Shown: one piece after another, positions 1 through 8,474 of the stretch
How positions within the stretch are numbered: position 1 is the stretch's first letter
Layout: each line of letters begins with the position of its first letter
IMG/VR virus record: IMGVR_UViG_3300037507_003370
Span: 142,292-206,291 of that record
Direction: 5' to 3' (one strand)
DNA: 64,000 nucleotides
DNA from: a virus
Taxonomy: Duplodnaviria; Caudoviricetes
Translations under genes and position numbers: made by a program
Notes under the pieces: generated by a model
What the model saw: the letters and a program-made list of their open reading frames with translations, nothing else
What the model was told of the DNA's origin: nothing
The model's database searches: none

Positions 1-137
1 ATACTCAGAAGGTTTTTCTAAATTAATAATTACAGAATTTGATTGCTTATTATCATTTAATAAATTACTAATATCTGGTTTGAGTAAACCAATTAAAATC
101 AATAATCCTGCAATAATTAATAAAATATTTTTGGTAT

Positions 138-515
138 TCATACTATTTCCTTTTCTTTATTGCAAACATTTGGAGACAAATATGGGAACATTTGATCAGC
201 TACCTTTATTGCTTCCGCACAACCGCTTTTTACAGCAAGGTCTCTAGTTTGCTTCCATGAAACAACTAATTTAAAAAATGTATCTTCGTTATCTTTGATT
301 GTTGTTTTAATTACTTCTGGAGTAACAAATAAAATAGGATCTGTTTTTACATTTTTATTTTTTAGTTTGTTAACTAAATCTAATATAGTTGTTTGTATAG
401 GACTGAGTTTATCCTTGAATAAAACCCATAGAACTATACCTATACCAGCATATAAAGCTAAATCCATAGTTGTGACTTTACTAGCAAATTCCTCGAAACT
501 TTCTGTGTAATTCAT
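138..515 (-). CDS. Hypothetical membrane protein (single N-terminal TM helix)
   Basis: ORF with hydrophobic LALYAGIGIVLWVLF; 4-nt overlap with the upstream gene. Confidence 0.6.
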   Translation of the reverse strand: MNYTESFEEFASKVTTMDLALYAGIGIVLWVLFKDKLSPIQTTILDLVNKLKNKNVKTDPILFVTPEVIKTTIKDNEDTFFKLVVSWKQTRDLAVKSGCAEAIKVADQMFPYLSPNVCNKEKEIV

Positions 516-955
516 TTGCTTTTTCTCTTTCTTTTTGTTGTAGATTTTAGATTTTGAGATTCCATAACAACAGGCTTGGTCTGGAAAATGCCTATGTCTC
601 TGAATGTTGCGACCATTGCGTCTATAGTTGATCCCACAAGAATCATCAAAAATGATTTGATGTATTTATGCATAGCAGGCTCTAACAGATTAGGAACAAA
701 TGGAACATCAACAACCAAGAATACTTTATCATAAAAATTAGAAATGCTATCCATAGCAATTATTTTTTTATCTGATCCTTTTAAAGTAGATCCTGTTTGT
801 TCTATAGTTTGAATAACAATAGCTACTGCTAATTGTAAAACTTTCCATGCTTGACTTACGGCAACTCTTTTTACTTCCTTAAAGGATTCTTTGGTCTCAT
901 TAGTTAATTGATTTAAGGCTAATTGAACCATATCAATCGGGGTGGCATTAGACAT
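512..955 (-). CDS. Hypothetical protein, basic C-terminal tail
   Basis: 147-aa ORF with AGAGG RBS, co-oriented with neighbours. Confidence 0.6.
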   Translation of the reverse strand: MSNATPIDMVQLALNQLTNETKESFKEVKRVAVSQAWKVLQLAVAIVIQTIEQTGSTLKGSDKKIIAMDSISNFYDKVFLVVDVPFVPNLLEPAMHKYIKSFLMILVGSTIDAMVATFRDIGIFQTKPVVMESQNLKSTTKRKRKSK

Positions 956-1011
956 ATATACCTCTTATTTTTATATGATGTTTCCTATAATAGAATACAC
1001 CGCAACTTGAC

Positions 1012-1374
1012 CTATTTTTTAGGTTTGCGCTTTTTGATAGTAGAAGATATCTTTTTTTTGGTAGGTCTTGGTATCGGCTTATCTGAAATATTAGATTCTT
1101 TTTTCCTATTATTGATTGCTACTTTAGATCTTTCTTCTTCAGTAGCAGTACTCCACCAAGTTTGTTTAATTTCTTTTCTACTATTTACATATTTCCATAA
1201 TATAGCTAATTGACCACCAATTAAAATAACACTTTCTACACCATGACTAACATCTCTAATTAGATCTTCTTTTTGACCATTTTCTCCTATTAGTCCAACT
1301 AAATATAATCCGCTAAAAAGAAAGCTTACTAATGTGAACCAAAATTCACTAGTCTTATAACCTGGTTTTATCAT
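1012..1374 (-). CDS. Holin-like two-TM membrane protein
   Basis: N-terminal KPGYKTSEFW motif typical of small phage holin-like proteins; two hydrophobic segments; Lys/Arg-rich tail. Confidence 0.5.
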   Translation of the reverse strand: MIKPGYKTSEFWFTLVSFLFSGLYLVGLIGENGQKEDLIRDVSHGVESVILIGGQLAILWKYVNSRKEIKQTWWSTATEEERSKVAINNRKKESNISDKPIPRPTKKKISSTIKKRKPKK

Positions 1375-1388
1375 AATTATAACCTATA

Positions 1389-1598
1389 TTATGAGCCTTG
1401 AGTAGCATTGCCATGGTAGTAACTAGGATCGTCAAATCTATTTGTATATTTAGCTTGTATGGACTCTATTGTGGGCGTATTTTTAGTATAAACATTTGAT
1501 ACGTCTTTAGCTGTTAGTCCTGTAACTTTTGTACTAACAATTAGGGTTCCATTTTTGATATCATTACTACTGTTTGCTTTTGTAATATCGTTAGGCAT
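1389..1598 (-). CDS. Hypothetical protein
   Basis: 69-aa ORF with GGAG RBS, in operon context. Confidence 0.55.
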   Translation of the reverse strand: MPNDITKANSSNDIKNGTLIVSTKVTGLTAKDVSNVYTKNTPTIESIQAKYTNRFDDPSYYHGNATQGS

Positions 1599-1610
1599 AA
1601 TTTATCTCCA

Positions 1611-1928
1611 TTAGTGTAAAATTCTATTTTCTAGAGCTTCTAAAGTTTTACTTAGAGTTGCTATTTGAATTTTTAATTCATTCATGACATCTGAATTGCG
1701 TTGAAGAGCAGCAGAGAACGTAGCCTGAGTTTCTTTATTAGTATTGAGTCTTTCCATAATAAATTGTTTGTCATTAATATAGGGAGATTGTGTTTCAATC
1801 ATATGTAATACTTCTGATTTAGTTGCCATGTTCCTTCCTATAGTTACCCAAAAACCAAGCATTGTAACTATTACTCCAATGCATGTTGTGGCAATATTTT
1901 CCCAGAAATGTATAATTGTATCGCTCAT
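1611..1928 (-). CDS. Hypothetical membrane/coiled-coil protein
   Basis: Likely start MSDTII after a GGAG RBS; one TM segment followed by a heptad-like region. Confidence 0.55.
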   Translation of the reverse strand: MSDTIIHFWENIATTCIGVIVTMLGFWVTIGRNMATKSEVLHMIETQSPYINDKQFIMERLNTNKETQATFSAALQRNSDVMNELKIQIATLSKTLEALENRILH

Positions 1929-1947
1929 TTTTTTATCTCCGTAAATT

Positions 1948-1980
1948 AAATAAGCCAACGAAAATATCATTGGCTTATTT
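1948..1980. terminator. 11-bp inverted repeat, probable intrinsic terminator
   Basis: AAATAAGCCAA (1948-1958) / TTGGCTTATTT (1970-1980), T-rich flanks, ~40 nt downstream of the 2019..2543 stop. Confidence 0.5.
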
Positions 1981-2018
1981 TTGTTTATGAACTTAAATAA
2001 TAATTATAATGGTAATTA

Positions 2019-2543
2019 TCAGCCTGTTTTAGCTTCATAGCTTTTTTGAACTGGTGTTTTACCAACAAGATAAGCCAATGTGCCAGGAGATGATCTGCTA
2101 ACAGTAGCAGCTTCGTCTGTATAGAATGTATCAACAGCAACAGTTGGGGCTGAGCTAAAGGTACCAGAATAAATATTCCAATTACCAGCTCTTATCGCTG
2201 TTGTGAGTCTACGAGTTCTAATACTATTGATATAGTGAATACCAGTTGTTAAGCTTGGGACTGATGCTCCACTGAGTAATTTTGTGTTAGCTAATCCAGC
2301 CAACACTGTTGAACTACGTACTGCGATTGGCTCAAGATTATTGTATGCAAAAACACCAGAATTATTTGCTGGATCTGTGTTAGTTCCATTCACAACTGTT
2401 GAGCCAAAAGCACTGAATACAGTTCTGCCTAATGAAATACCATCTAATTGTGTTGATTTGGATCCAGCATTAACAGACGAACCACCATTATTTTTGGTTG
2501 ATACTGCTGTTACTGCGGAGCCGCCTTGTTGAATTGTGGCCAT
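2019..2543 (-). CDS. Probable virion structural protein (Ser/Thr/Gly/Ala-rich)
   Basis: Composition, GGAG RBS, followed by a terminator; no family recognised. Confidence 0.45.
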   Translation of the reverse strand: MATIQQGGSAVTAVSTKNNGGSSVNAGSKSTQLDGISLGRTVFSAFGSTVVNGTNTDPANNSGVFAYNNLEPIAVRSSTVLAGLANTKLLSGASVPSLTTGIHYINSIRTRRLTTAIRAGNWNIYSGTFSSAPTVAVDTFYTDEAATVSRSSPGTLAYLVGKTPVQKSYEAKTG

Positions 2544-2615
2544 TTTTTATCTCCAGATGAAATGGGATACTAAAGTAATATTACTAATGTAGTAATACCC
2601 CTAATATAGATTATT

Positions 2616-3263
2616 TTACAAGATTTTTTGAATTAGGTCTAGTCCATTGATGGAAAATAACTTAATTCCGTGTAAATTGGCCTTTTCTATAGTTCTTATA
2701 TGAGATTCAAGCCATATATTACCATTGCATATTATTTTTATGTCTGGAACTTTTTTATTGATTAATGCTGAGGCTAATATATTATCATTAATATCGTCTA
2801 AAGAATGACCAGAGGATGGATATACAGTAGATATCCCATGATCAAGAAGGATTTGGCATACCTTGTACAATAATTCATATGTATATATGCGATACTCTAA
2901 TATATATCTAAGTTCTACATTATTTTCTAAACATAAGCCTAAACATTCCTTGATATCTTCTTTAAATTTATCATATTTTCTATTACATAATGAGTGTGAA
3001 GGTAATAGTAATTCTATAATATTGGCTCCATTTTTAATGGATGAACTTATAGAAGATAGTCTGGACCTAAGATCTAGAGTTCCAAGAGGGTAGTCGATAG
3101 GACAAGATAATTTTATTGAATCTGGTATATTTAATTTAGCTAATTTTAAATATGCTGGCAAAACAGATATGACATTAACGCGACTTTTTGCAGCTATTAA
3201 TATGTTATTTTTTGTTTCTAATTCATTGCTTGATGTGTCATAGTAGCCATATTCTATATTCAT
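2616..3263 (-). CDS. DeoC (deoxyribose-phosphate aldolase)-like TIM barrel, apparently lacking the catalytic lysines
   Basis: DYPLG, GANIIELLL, LRYILE and VYPSSG align to the DeoC motifs GFPLG, GADEIDMV, LKVIIE and VKTSTG. Confidence 0.6.
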   Translation of the reverse strand: MNIEYGYYDTSSNELETKNNILIAAKSRVNVISVLPAYLKLAKLNIPDSIKLSCPIDYPLGTLDLRSRLSSISSSIKNGANIIELLLPSHSLCNRKYDKFKEDIKECLGLCLENNVELRYILEYRIYTYELLYKVCQILLDHGISTVYPSSGHSLDDINDNILASALINKKVPDIKIICNGNIWLESHIRTIEKANLHGIKLFSINGLDLIQKIL

Positions 3264-3265
3264 AG

Positions 3266-3946
3266 TTATTTTTTCTTAACTAGATTTTTTAAACTATCTA
3301 TATTAGGGTATTCTTTTGTACATAATACACCATCCGCAAACCCATAATCAACAGCTTCTTTTGCGGATAATATCCAATCACATCTGTTTGCTAATTGAGA
3401 TTGAATATGTTTTTTCGCCATCATTTTTTTCCAATTTTTATCTTTTGCCATATCGCTATTCATGCACCTTTCAACATATATATCAATCATCTTATCACAT
3501 TCTTTTTCATTCCATTGAACACTTTCTGCCGCCGCTTTACTATGTTCGCTATCTAGGCTTATAGATCCATAATGTATCAATACATTCACATTTGGCATTA
3601 GTACTCTTAAGTCTGGCGCTTGTAAAATAATACTACTAGCAGACTGAGCTTTTGCGTAAGCTAAGATTATAGTTTTAGATTTTGATTCTTTGATCGTATC
3701 GTAAATACCTAAACAATCCTCCCAGTCTCCTCCTGGGATATGCATATGAATTAGAATAGGTTCATTTGAAAGTTGATTTAAGTATCTCATATTTTTTTCA
3801 AATACTATAGCAGACTTAAAATTAACCTCTTCGTTATCACTTTCATTTAGATCAGAATGGAGATATAATTCTCTATTTTTTAGATCTAGTCCATATGTAT
3901 GAATACAGTATAGGTCATGCTCTATAGAATTATTGGCTCGTGGCAT
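3266..3946 (-). CDS. clpP: ClpP-family serine protease subunit
   Basis: HIPGG, AQSAS (Ser), IHYG (His), RCDWILSAKEAVDYGFAD (Asp); catalytic triad intact. Confidence 0.88.
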   Translation of the reverse strand: MPRANNSIEHDLYCIHTYGLDLKNRELYLHSDLNESDNEEVNFKSAIVFEKNMRYLNQLSNEPILIHMHIPGGDWEDCLGIYDTIKESKSKTIILAYAKAQSASSIILQAPDLRVLMPNVNVLIHYGSISLDSEHSKAAAESVQWNEKECDKMIDIYVERCMNSDMAKDKNWKKMMAKKHIQSQLANRCDWILSAKEAVDYGFADGVLCTKEYPNIDSLKNLVKKK

Positions 3947-3948
3947 TG

Positions 3949-4398
3949 CTATTCCTCTAGATGAGAATAAATGGAGGAAGAGACTTTGTTCATAACCTCT
4001 CCACTATTGAATATTTTACCAATAGCGATTCTAAATCTATATCTAGTGAATATATCTAAGGTTTCTACTCCATCTACAGATTCTATAATATTAGCGATAT
4101 TAGGAGTAATAGAAAAATTTGTATGTCCTGTCCAGAAATTAAAAATTTTACTAGATGCTGTATATTCGTTAATAGGAACTATACCCATTGGAGTAGATAT
4201 AACTTTGATCTGAGTATTTTTTTGTTGATTAATTTCTTTTTTTATCATATTATCAAATATTTCGCCAGGAATAATGTCTTCGTCTTCGTAATTACTTTCT
4301 TCGCCTTCATCATCTATTTGGTCAAAAGTATCTTCTTCTTCACCAAAAAATGGATCGACCCATTTTTCCCACACTATTATTTTTTTTGAAATAGACAT
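3949..4398 (-). CDS. Conserved-looking phage hypothetical protein
   Basis: 149-aa ORF with acidic N-terminal region, tightly packed in the operon. Confidence 0.6.
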   Translation of the reverse strand: MSISKKIIVWEKWVDPFFGEEEDTFDQIDDEGEESNYEDEDIIPGEIFDNMIKKEINQQKNTQIKVISTPMGIVPINEYTASSKIFNFWTGHTNFSITPNIANIIESVDGVETLDIFTRYRFRIAIGKIFNSGEVMNKVSSSIYSHLEE

Positions 4399-4435
4399 TG
4401 CAGCTCTCCGTTCTATATTATTATAATACCCCGAG

Positions 4436-4849
4436 CTACTTCTGTCTTGCGATAGAAAATACCTGAGACGGTTTAATAATAGGCTGATTTTGATTGTTGG
4501 TAATATTATTCCTCTTTTCTTGCTCTATAAGAACCAAATTAAATATTAGATTTTCATAAAAAAGAGTATCTTCTGGACTAGAAGAATTAGATTTTATTAT
4601 AGACAAAATTTCTTCTCTCATTTTTGAATTAATGGTCATATATAAAAACTTAGCGAAAGTTTGCGATAATGATTCTATATTTGCAAAATCGCTAAATTCT
4701 GGAAAAAGACAAGAAACATTTATTTTAGACTCTTCATCAATCTCAAATCTAATTGAACCTAAAATTTTTTGAGGCTCTTTATTTTTTACAAAAAAGAATG
4801 ATGAAATTTTCTTAAAATAGATTTGTACATAGCTAATATATTTTTTCAT
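4436..4849 (-). CDS. Hypothetical protein
   Basis: 137-aa ORF, ATGA overlap with the upstream gene. Confidence 0.6.
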   Translation of the reverse strand: MKKYISYVQIYFKKISSFFFVKNKEPQKILGSIRFEIDEESKINVSCLFPEFSDFANIESLSQTFAKFLYMTINSKMREEILSIIKSNSSSPEDTLFYENLIFNLVLIEQEKRNNITNNQNQPIIKPSQVFSIARQK

Positions 4850-5190
4850 AGAATGTACATTGCTCTAGTGAAAAATCTATCATGAATTATTTTTTTGCTT
4901 TTAATTAAATTACCAGAGAGAATATTTTTTTCATATTCTTTAGGAATCATTCCAATAAAATAAATATGATTTTCATTATCTATATTACGAACATCATATA
5001 ACTTGAGCTCTAACCAATCAATATTAACGTATAAATATTTTTTTACTAATTCTGATAGATTCTCTTTTATGGGCTTTGATGTATCATTATCAATATCTGG
5101 TACAACTAGCTCTGCCTCATCTAATGATAATATATATGATTCATTATTCTGAATATCATATGACATTATAATTAATTTTAATTTATTCAT
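4846..5190 (-). CDS. Hypothetical protein
   Basis: 114-aa ORF overlapping both neighbours. Confidence 0.55.
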   Translation of the reverse strand: MNKLKLIIMSYDIQNNESYILSLDEAELVVPDIDNDTSKPIKENLSELVKKYLYVNIDWLELKLYDVRNIDNENHIYFIGMIPKEYEKNILSGNLIKSKKIIHDRFFTRAMYIL

Positions 5191-5779
5191 ACGTCTTGAT
5201 TAGTCCTATCGCTTTTTTGATATTTTGCCTTATGGCTTCTCTGGTAACTCCGTATATTTTCCCAATTTCATTTAGAGTGAGATTTTCAAAATAATATAGC
5301 TTTATTTGTTCTTTTTGCTTATCACTCAATATATCAGAAGACAATAAAGTATCTATGCACTCAGTAACTGATCCATCCTCTTCTTTTTGTATTAGAATAT
5401 CTAGCGGGTCTTGAGCATCACAAGGAATATTACTATAATAGCTTTTTTCAGTAATGTTATCGTCGCTAAAATCTAGTGAGTAGTGTTTATGCTTTGGCGA
5501 TTTATTGTATTTTTTAGTAATATATGTTTGTATAGCCCATATTGCGCATTGGTTTCTATAAGCATACTTACTTTTATGTTGTCCTGTTTTGCCTGTTCTA
5601 TTTGCATCCCATTTCCAGTCTGCTTGCATAATGGCTGTAGCAACATCAGATATAGCGTCTTCGTTGGTTAGCATTTCTTTTCTTAAAGATTCATAGAACT
5701 TACCAGCAAATTTTGATATGGTCTTTTTTGCTAAAGTCATATATGTAGACAGACTTTCAAACTCAATCGTATTTTCCAT
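5183..5779 (-). CDS. Sigma70-family RNA polymerase sigma factor (regions 2 and 4)
   Basis: Region 2-like ADWKWDAN...YAYRNQCAIWAI; region 4 HTH LSDKQKEQIKLYYFENLTLNEIGKIYGVTREAIRQ. Confidence 0.85.
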   Translation of the reverse strand: MENTIEFESLSTYMTLAKKTISKFAGKFYESLRKEMLTNEDAISDVATAIMQADWKWDANRTGKTGQHKSKYAYRNQCAIWAIQTYITKKYNKSPKHKHYSLDFSDDNITEKSYYSNIPCDAQDPLDILIQKEEDGSVTECIDTLLSSDILSDKQKEQIKLYYFENLTLNEIGKIYGVTREAIRQNIKKAIGLIKTYE

Positions 5780-5813
5780 CCTAAAGCTCCTAGTTAAATT
5801 ATGTTAAAATCAA

Positions 5814-6311
5814 TTATTTAGTCAATTTTTTCCACTGATCTGAATCTGGACGATCTTTATCTCCAGGTTTTGCTGGACGATAATTTTTACCTTCTTTTTC
5901 TCTTTTTTTGCGAATGTTTTCCCAAAGTCCAGGCTTGTCCGCTGATGATATTTTATCGGCAGACTCGGTGACGTACATGATAAAATCATGGATCGTTCTC
6001 ATATAGTCCTCTGTGATAGCGATTTTACCTTGTAGCCAGCTTTCTGTCAAGTTTTCTTTAATAGATGGGCTATCTAATGAATTTAGAATATTTTGAGCAT
6101 GATTAGCAATTGCTCTTAGAGACCCAACACTCATTTCATAGAAATCATTTTTATATTCCATCATTTCCATTTCTGGAGACTCTTCTTCAACATCTTCAAT
6201 TTTTGTAAAATCTGTTTCCTCTTCCGAGTTAGACTTATTTATAGGAGCTTTTTGTGCAGCTTCTGTTACGTTTTCTGTTATTGAATTCAACAAGTCATAT
6301 ATTCTATCCAT
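5814..6311 (-). CDS. Phage hypothetical protein with C-terminal KPGLWENIRKKR module
   Basis: 165-aa ORF; short basic module recurrent in large-phage head-region proteins (recognised from memory). Confidence 0.6.
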   Translation of the reverse strand: MDRIYDLLNSITENVTEAAQKAPINKSNSEEETDFTKIEDVEEESPEMEMMEYKNDFYEMSVGSLRAIANHAQNILNSLDSPSIKENLTESWLQGKIAITEDYMRTIHDFIMYVTESADKISSADKPGLWENIRKKREKEGKNYRPAKPGDKDRPDSDQWKKLTK

Positions 6312-6313
6312 TT

Positions 6314-6856
6314 TTACACCTGTAATGTTAGGAAGTTATCTATACCCATTTGTTCTATTAATTTAATATAGCTTTCATATAATTGAATACCATTTTCACT
6401 GCCTTGTAGAAGAGGAATCATAATTTGAGCTGTAAGTTCGTCCCCTATACTTCTAGCAGCTAATATTGTAGCTTTTTCTGTTTCAGCAGCTTCTTTAACT
6501 GATGCTAAATTATATCGTATCATTGCTAACATATCATGGCGAGTCCAAGAAGGGGGACTAACAACTAAAGGTTGATAATCTATATCAAAGAACTCTAATC
6601 TTTTAAGATTTTCTATAGAATGTTGATGCTCTTCTTCTGCATCTGCCTTGATAACAGCAGCTAATTTTTTATATCCCCATCTTTCCAAGTGAGCGGCTTG
6701 GGCTGTTAATGATGTGGTCTGTTGCCAATGAATATTGAGAGATTTTTTAAGTAACTCTACCACATTCAGATTAGCTTGGCTAATATTAGTTTCTGTTGAT
6801 GTTGACCCCTCTACAGTAATGGATTGATTTTTTAATAGTTCTTCTATAGATTGCAT
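6314..6856 (-). CDS. Bacterioferritin-like protein with remodelled metal sites
   Basis: HLERWGYKKL, EEEHQH, RLEFFD and IEQMGIDNFL align colinearly to Bfr; start MQSIEE after an AGGA RBS. Confidence 0.8.
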   Translation of the reverse strand: MQSIEELLKNQSITVEGSTSTETNISQANLNVVELLKKSLNIHWQQTTSLTAQAAHLERWGYKKLAAVIKADAEEEHQHSIENLKRLEFFDIDYQPLVVSPPSWTRHDMLAMIRYNLASVKEAAETEKATILAARSIGDELTAQIMIPLLQGSENGIQLYESYIKLIEQMGIDNFLTLQV

Positions 6857-6876
6857 ATTAGTTATTTCCTTTGAAT

Positions 6877-7389
6877 TTACCATGCTTTACAGGACCAGTA
6901 ACGAGCTTTCCATTTAGGACCAGGATTATCACAATTATGTCTTGCTCTAAAACTTTTACGCCTTTCGGGAATGTTCTTTTTTATTTTCATATTAGGATCG
7001 CCAAAATTAACTTTGACTACATTTCCTTTTTCGTTCTTTACATATACGCTAAATTTTTTGGGGCCATCAGGCGTTCTAAATGGTTTGTTTAGAGTAACTT
7101 TTCTTCCATTTTTTTCAGCTGCAATAATCTTACCATCCTCATCGATAATTTCTGATGCTTCTATTTCTATTACAAATTCATCCCACTCATCATCCCAAGA
7201 GTAATTATTAGCTAGCAATTCGTTATGAACTTGCTCTATAAGAGAAGATCCTTTTGTTTTTGTTTGAGATAGACACACAGCGACTCTTTGTTTTGTGTCT
7301 TCGTAGTCTTTTTTCATCACTTCATCGCTCATGCATCTTGAAACGAACTTTTGATTATCTTCATTTTTTTCTGGTTTAGGAATAGGCAT
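6877..7389 (-). CDS. Two-module phage protein (N-terminal PKPEK..FVSRCM module; C-terminal RRKSFRARHNC..KARYWSCKAW, DUF6321-like)
   Basis: Motifs recognised from memory as common in large phages; GGAG RBS before MPIPK. Confidence 0.55.
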   Translation of the reverse strand: MPIPKPEKNEDNQKFVSRCMSDEVMKKDYEDTKQRVAVCLSQTKTKGSSLIEQVHNELLANNYSWDDEWDEFVIEIEASEIIDEDGKIIAAEKNGRKVTLNKPFRTPDGPKKFSVYVKNEKGNVVKVNFGDPNMKIKKNIPERRKSFRARHNCDNPGPKWKARYWSCKAW

Positions 7390-7400
7390 AGTATTTCTCC

Positions 7401-8474
7401 TTACTTTGATATACACTGAATCAAAGCATCAGTGGCATTGCTCCACGATAACTTTTCGGCCATTTCTAAACCATTTGGATTAGTATTTATTCTATTTTTA
7501 TAGGCATATCTCATAAATTCTTTGAATTGATCAATTTCTTTATCTCCTATTTTTGCCCATTTTCCAAAATTTCTAAAGTATTTATTATCATTGGCCAATT
7601 CTAAATCTGTTATTTCAACAAGAAAAGAATTTTTTTCATTACAAAAAGCGGTATGGGCTGAATAATTAGTTGTTATGACTGGCTTATTCATAGCCATCAT
7701 TTCAAGTAACTCCAAATTCCAGCCTTCTGCTCTTGATGGAAATATCCCACAATCTGCATAACTCATTAATTGAGCAACTTCTTCTTGAGTATTAAGCCTT
7801 GGAAATATTTTAATTTTATCTTTAAGCTTACTATTCATATATAATGAATGCCAGTATTCTAATTCCTGAGAACTAAAAGCAGCTTCTGAAGATGATCCAT
7901 TTATCCATAGCTCTACATCATCTTCCTCTGAAAATGTTTCATTAAATAAATTAATTAATATATCATGTCCTTTTCTTATTTCCCATTTTCCTATATTCAT
8001 AAATACATATTTTTTAGGATCTTTTAGCGACGGCTTAATTGTATGATCAAATAAACTTACATTAACGCCTAAAGGAACAATATCTATAGTTTTATTTATT
8101 CCATTACTTTCTAATACTTTCTTTGCCCATTCACATGTAACTATAATATGATCTGTACTATTTAGATGATGAATTTCTTTTTTTGTTAAATCTGTTAGTT
8201 CAAAAAATGGAAATGCAAAAAATTTACCAGTACCTATTCTAGCACCCAAATCAAATTGATGCCATATTTTTAAACACGGAGCATCTTTATCAAAATCTTC
8301 TTGTTTTTCAAAACTTTTGAAACAAGCGGCCGCATCATCTTGGTTTTCAGCATTAATCTGTCCCATTGGGAAAAGGGTGACATTATGTTGCTTATCATAA
8401 AGTTGCTTTAGGAAATTAATGCCAGCAACGCCATATCCAGTATATCCTATTGCAGAGAAAAAGTTGATATTCAT
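7401..8474 (-). CDS. GT-B glycosyltransferase (GT4-like)
   Basis: GYTGYG, NIGKWEIRKG, PSRAEGWNLELLEMMAMNKPVITT (E-x7-E motif). Confidence 0.88.
   Translation of the reverse strand: MNINFFSAIGYTGYGVAGINFLKQLYDKQHNVTLFPMGQINAENQDDAAACFKSFEKQEDFDKDAPCLKIWHQFDLGARIGTGKFFAFPFFELTDLTKKEIHHLNSTDHIIVTCEWAKKVLESNGINKTIDIVPLGVNVSLFDHTIKPSLKDPKKYVFMNIGKWEIRKGHDILINLFNETFSEEDDVELWINGSSSEAAFSSQELEYWHSLYMNSKLKDKIKIFPRLNTQEEVAQLMSYADCGIFPSRAEGWNLELLEMMAMNKPVITTNYSAHTAFCNEKNSFLVEITDLELANDNKYFRNFGKWAKIGDKEIDQFKEFMRYAYKNRINTNPNGLEMAEKLSWSNATDALIQCISK

Noticed and set aside
4846-5190. Possible degenerate NUDIX fold
   Set aside because: No Nudix box (GX5EX7REUXEE) is visible; the resemblance is too weak without a profile search.
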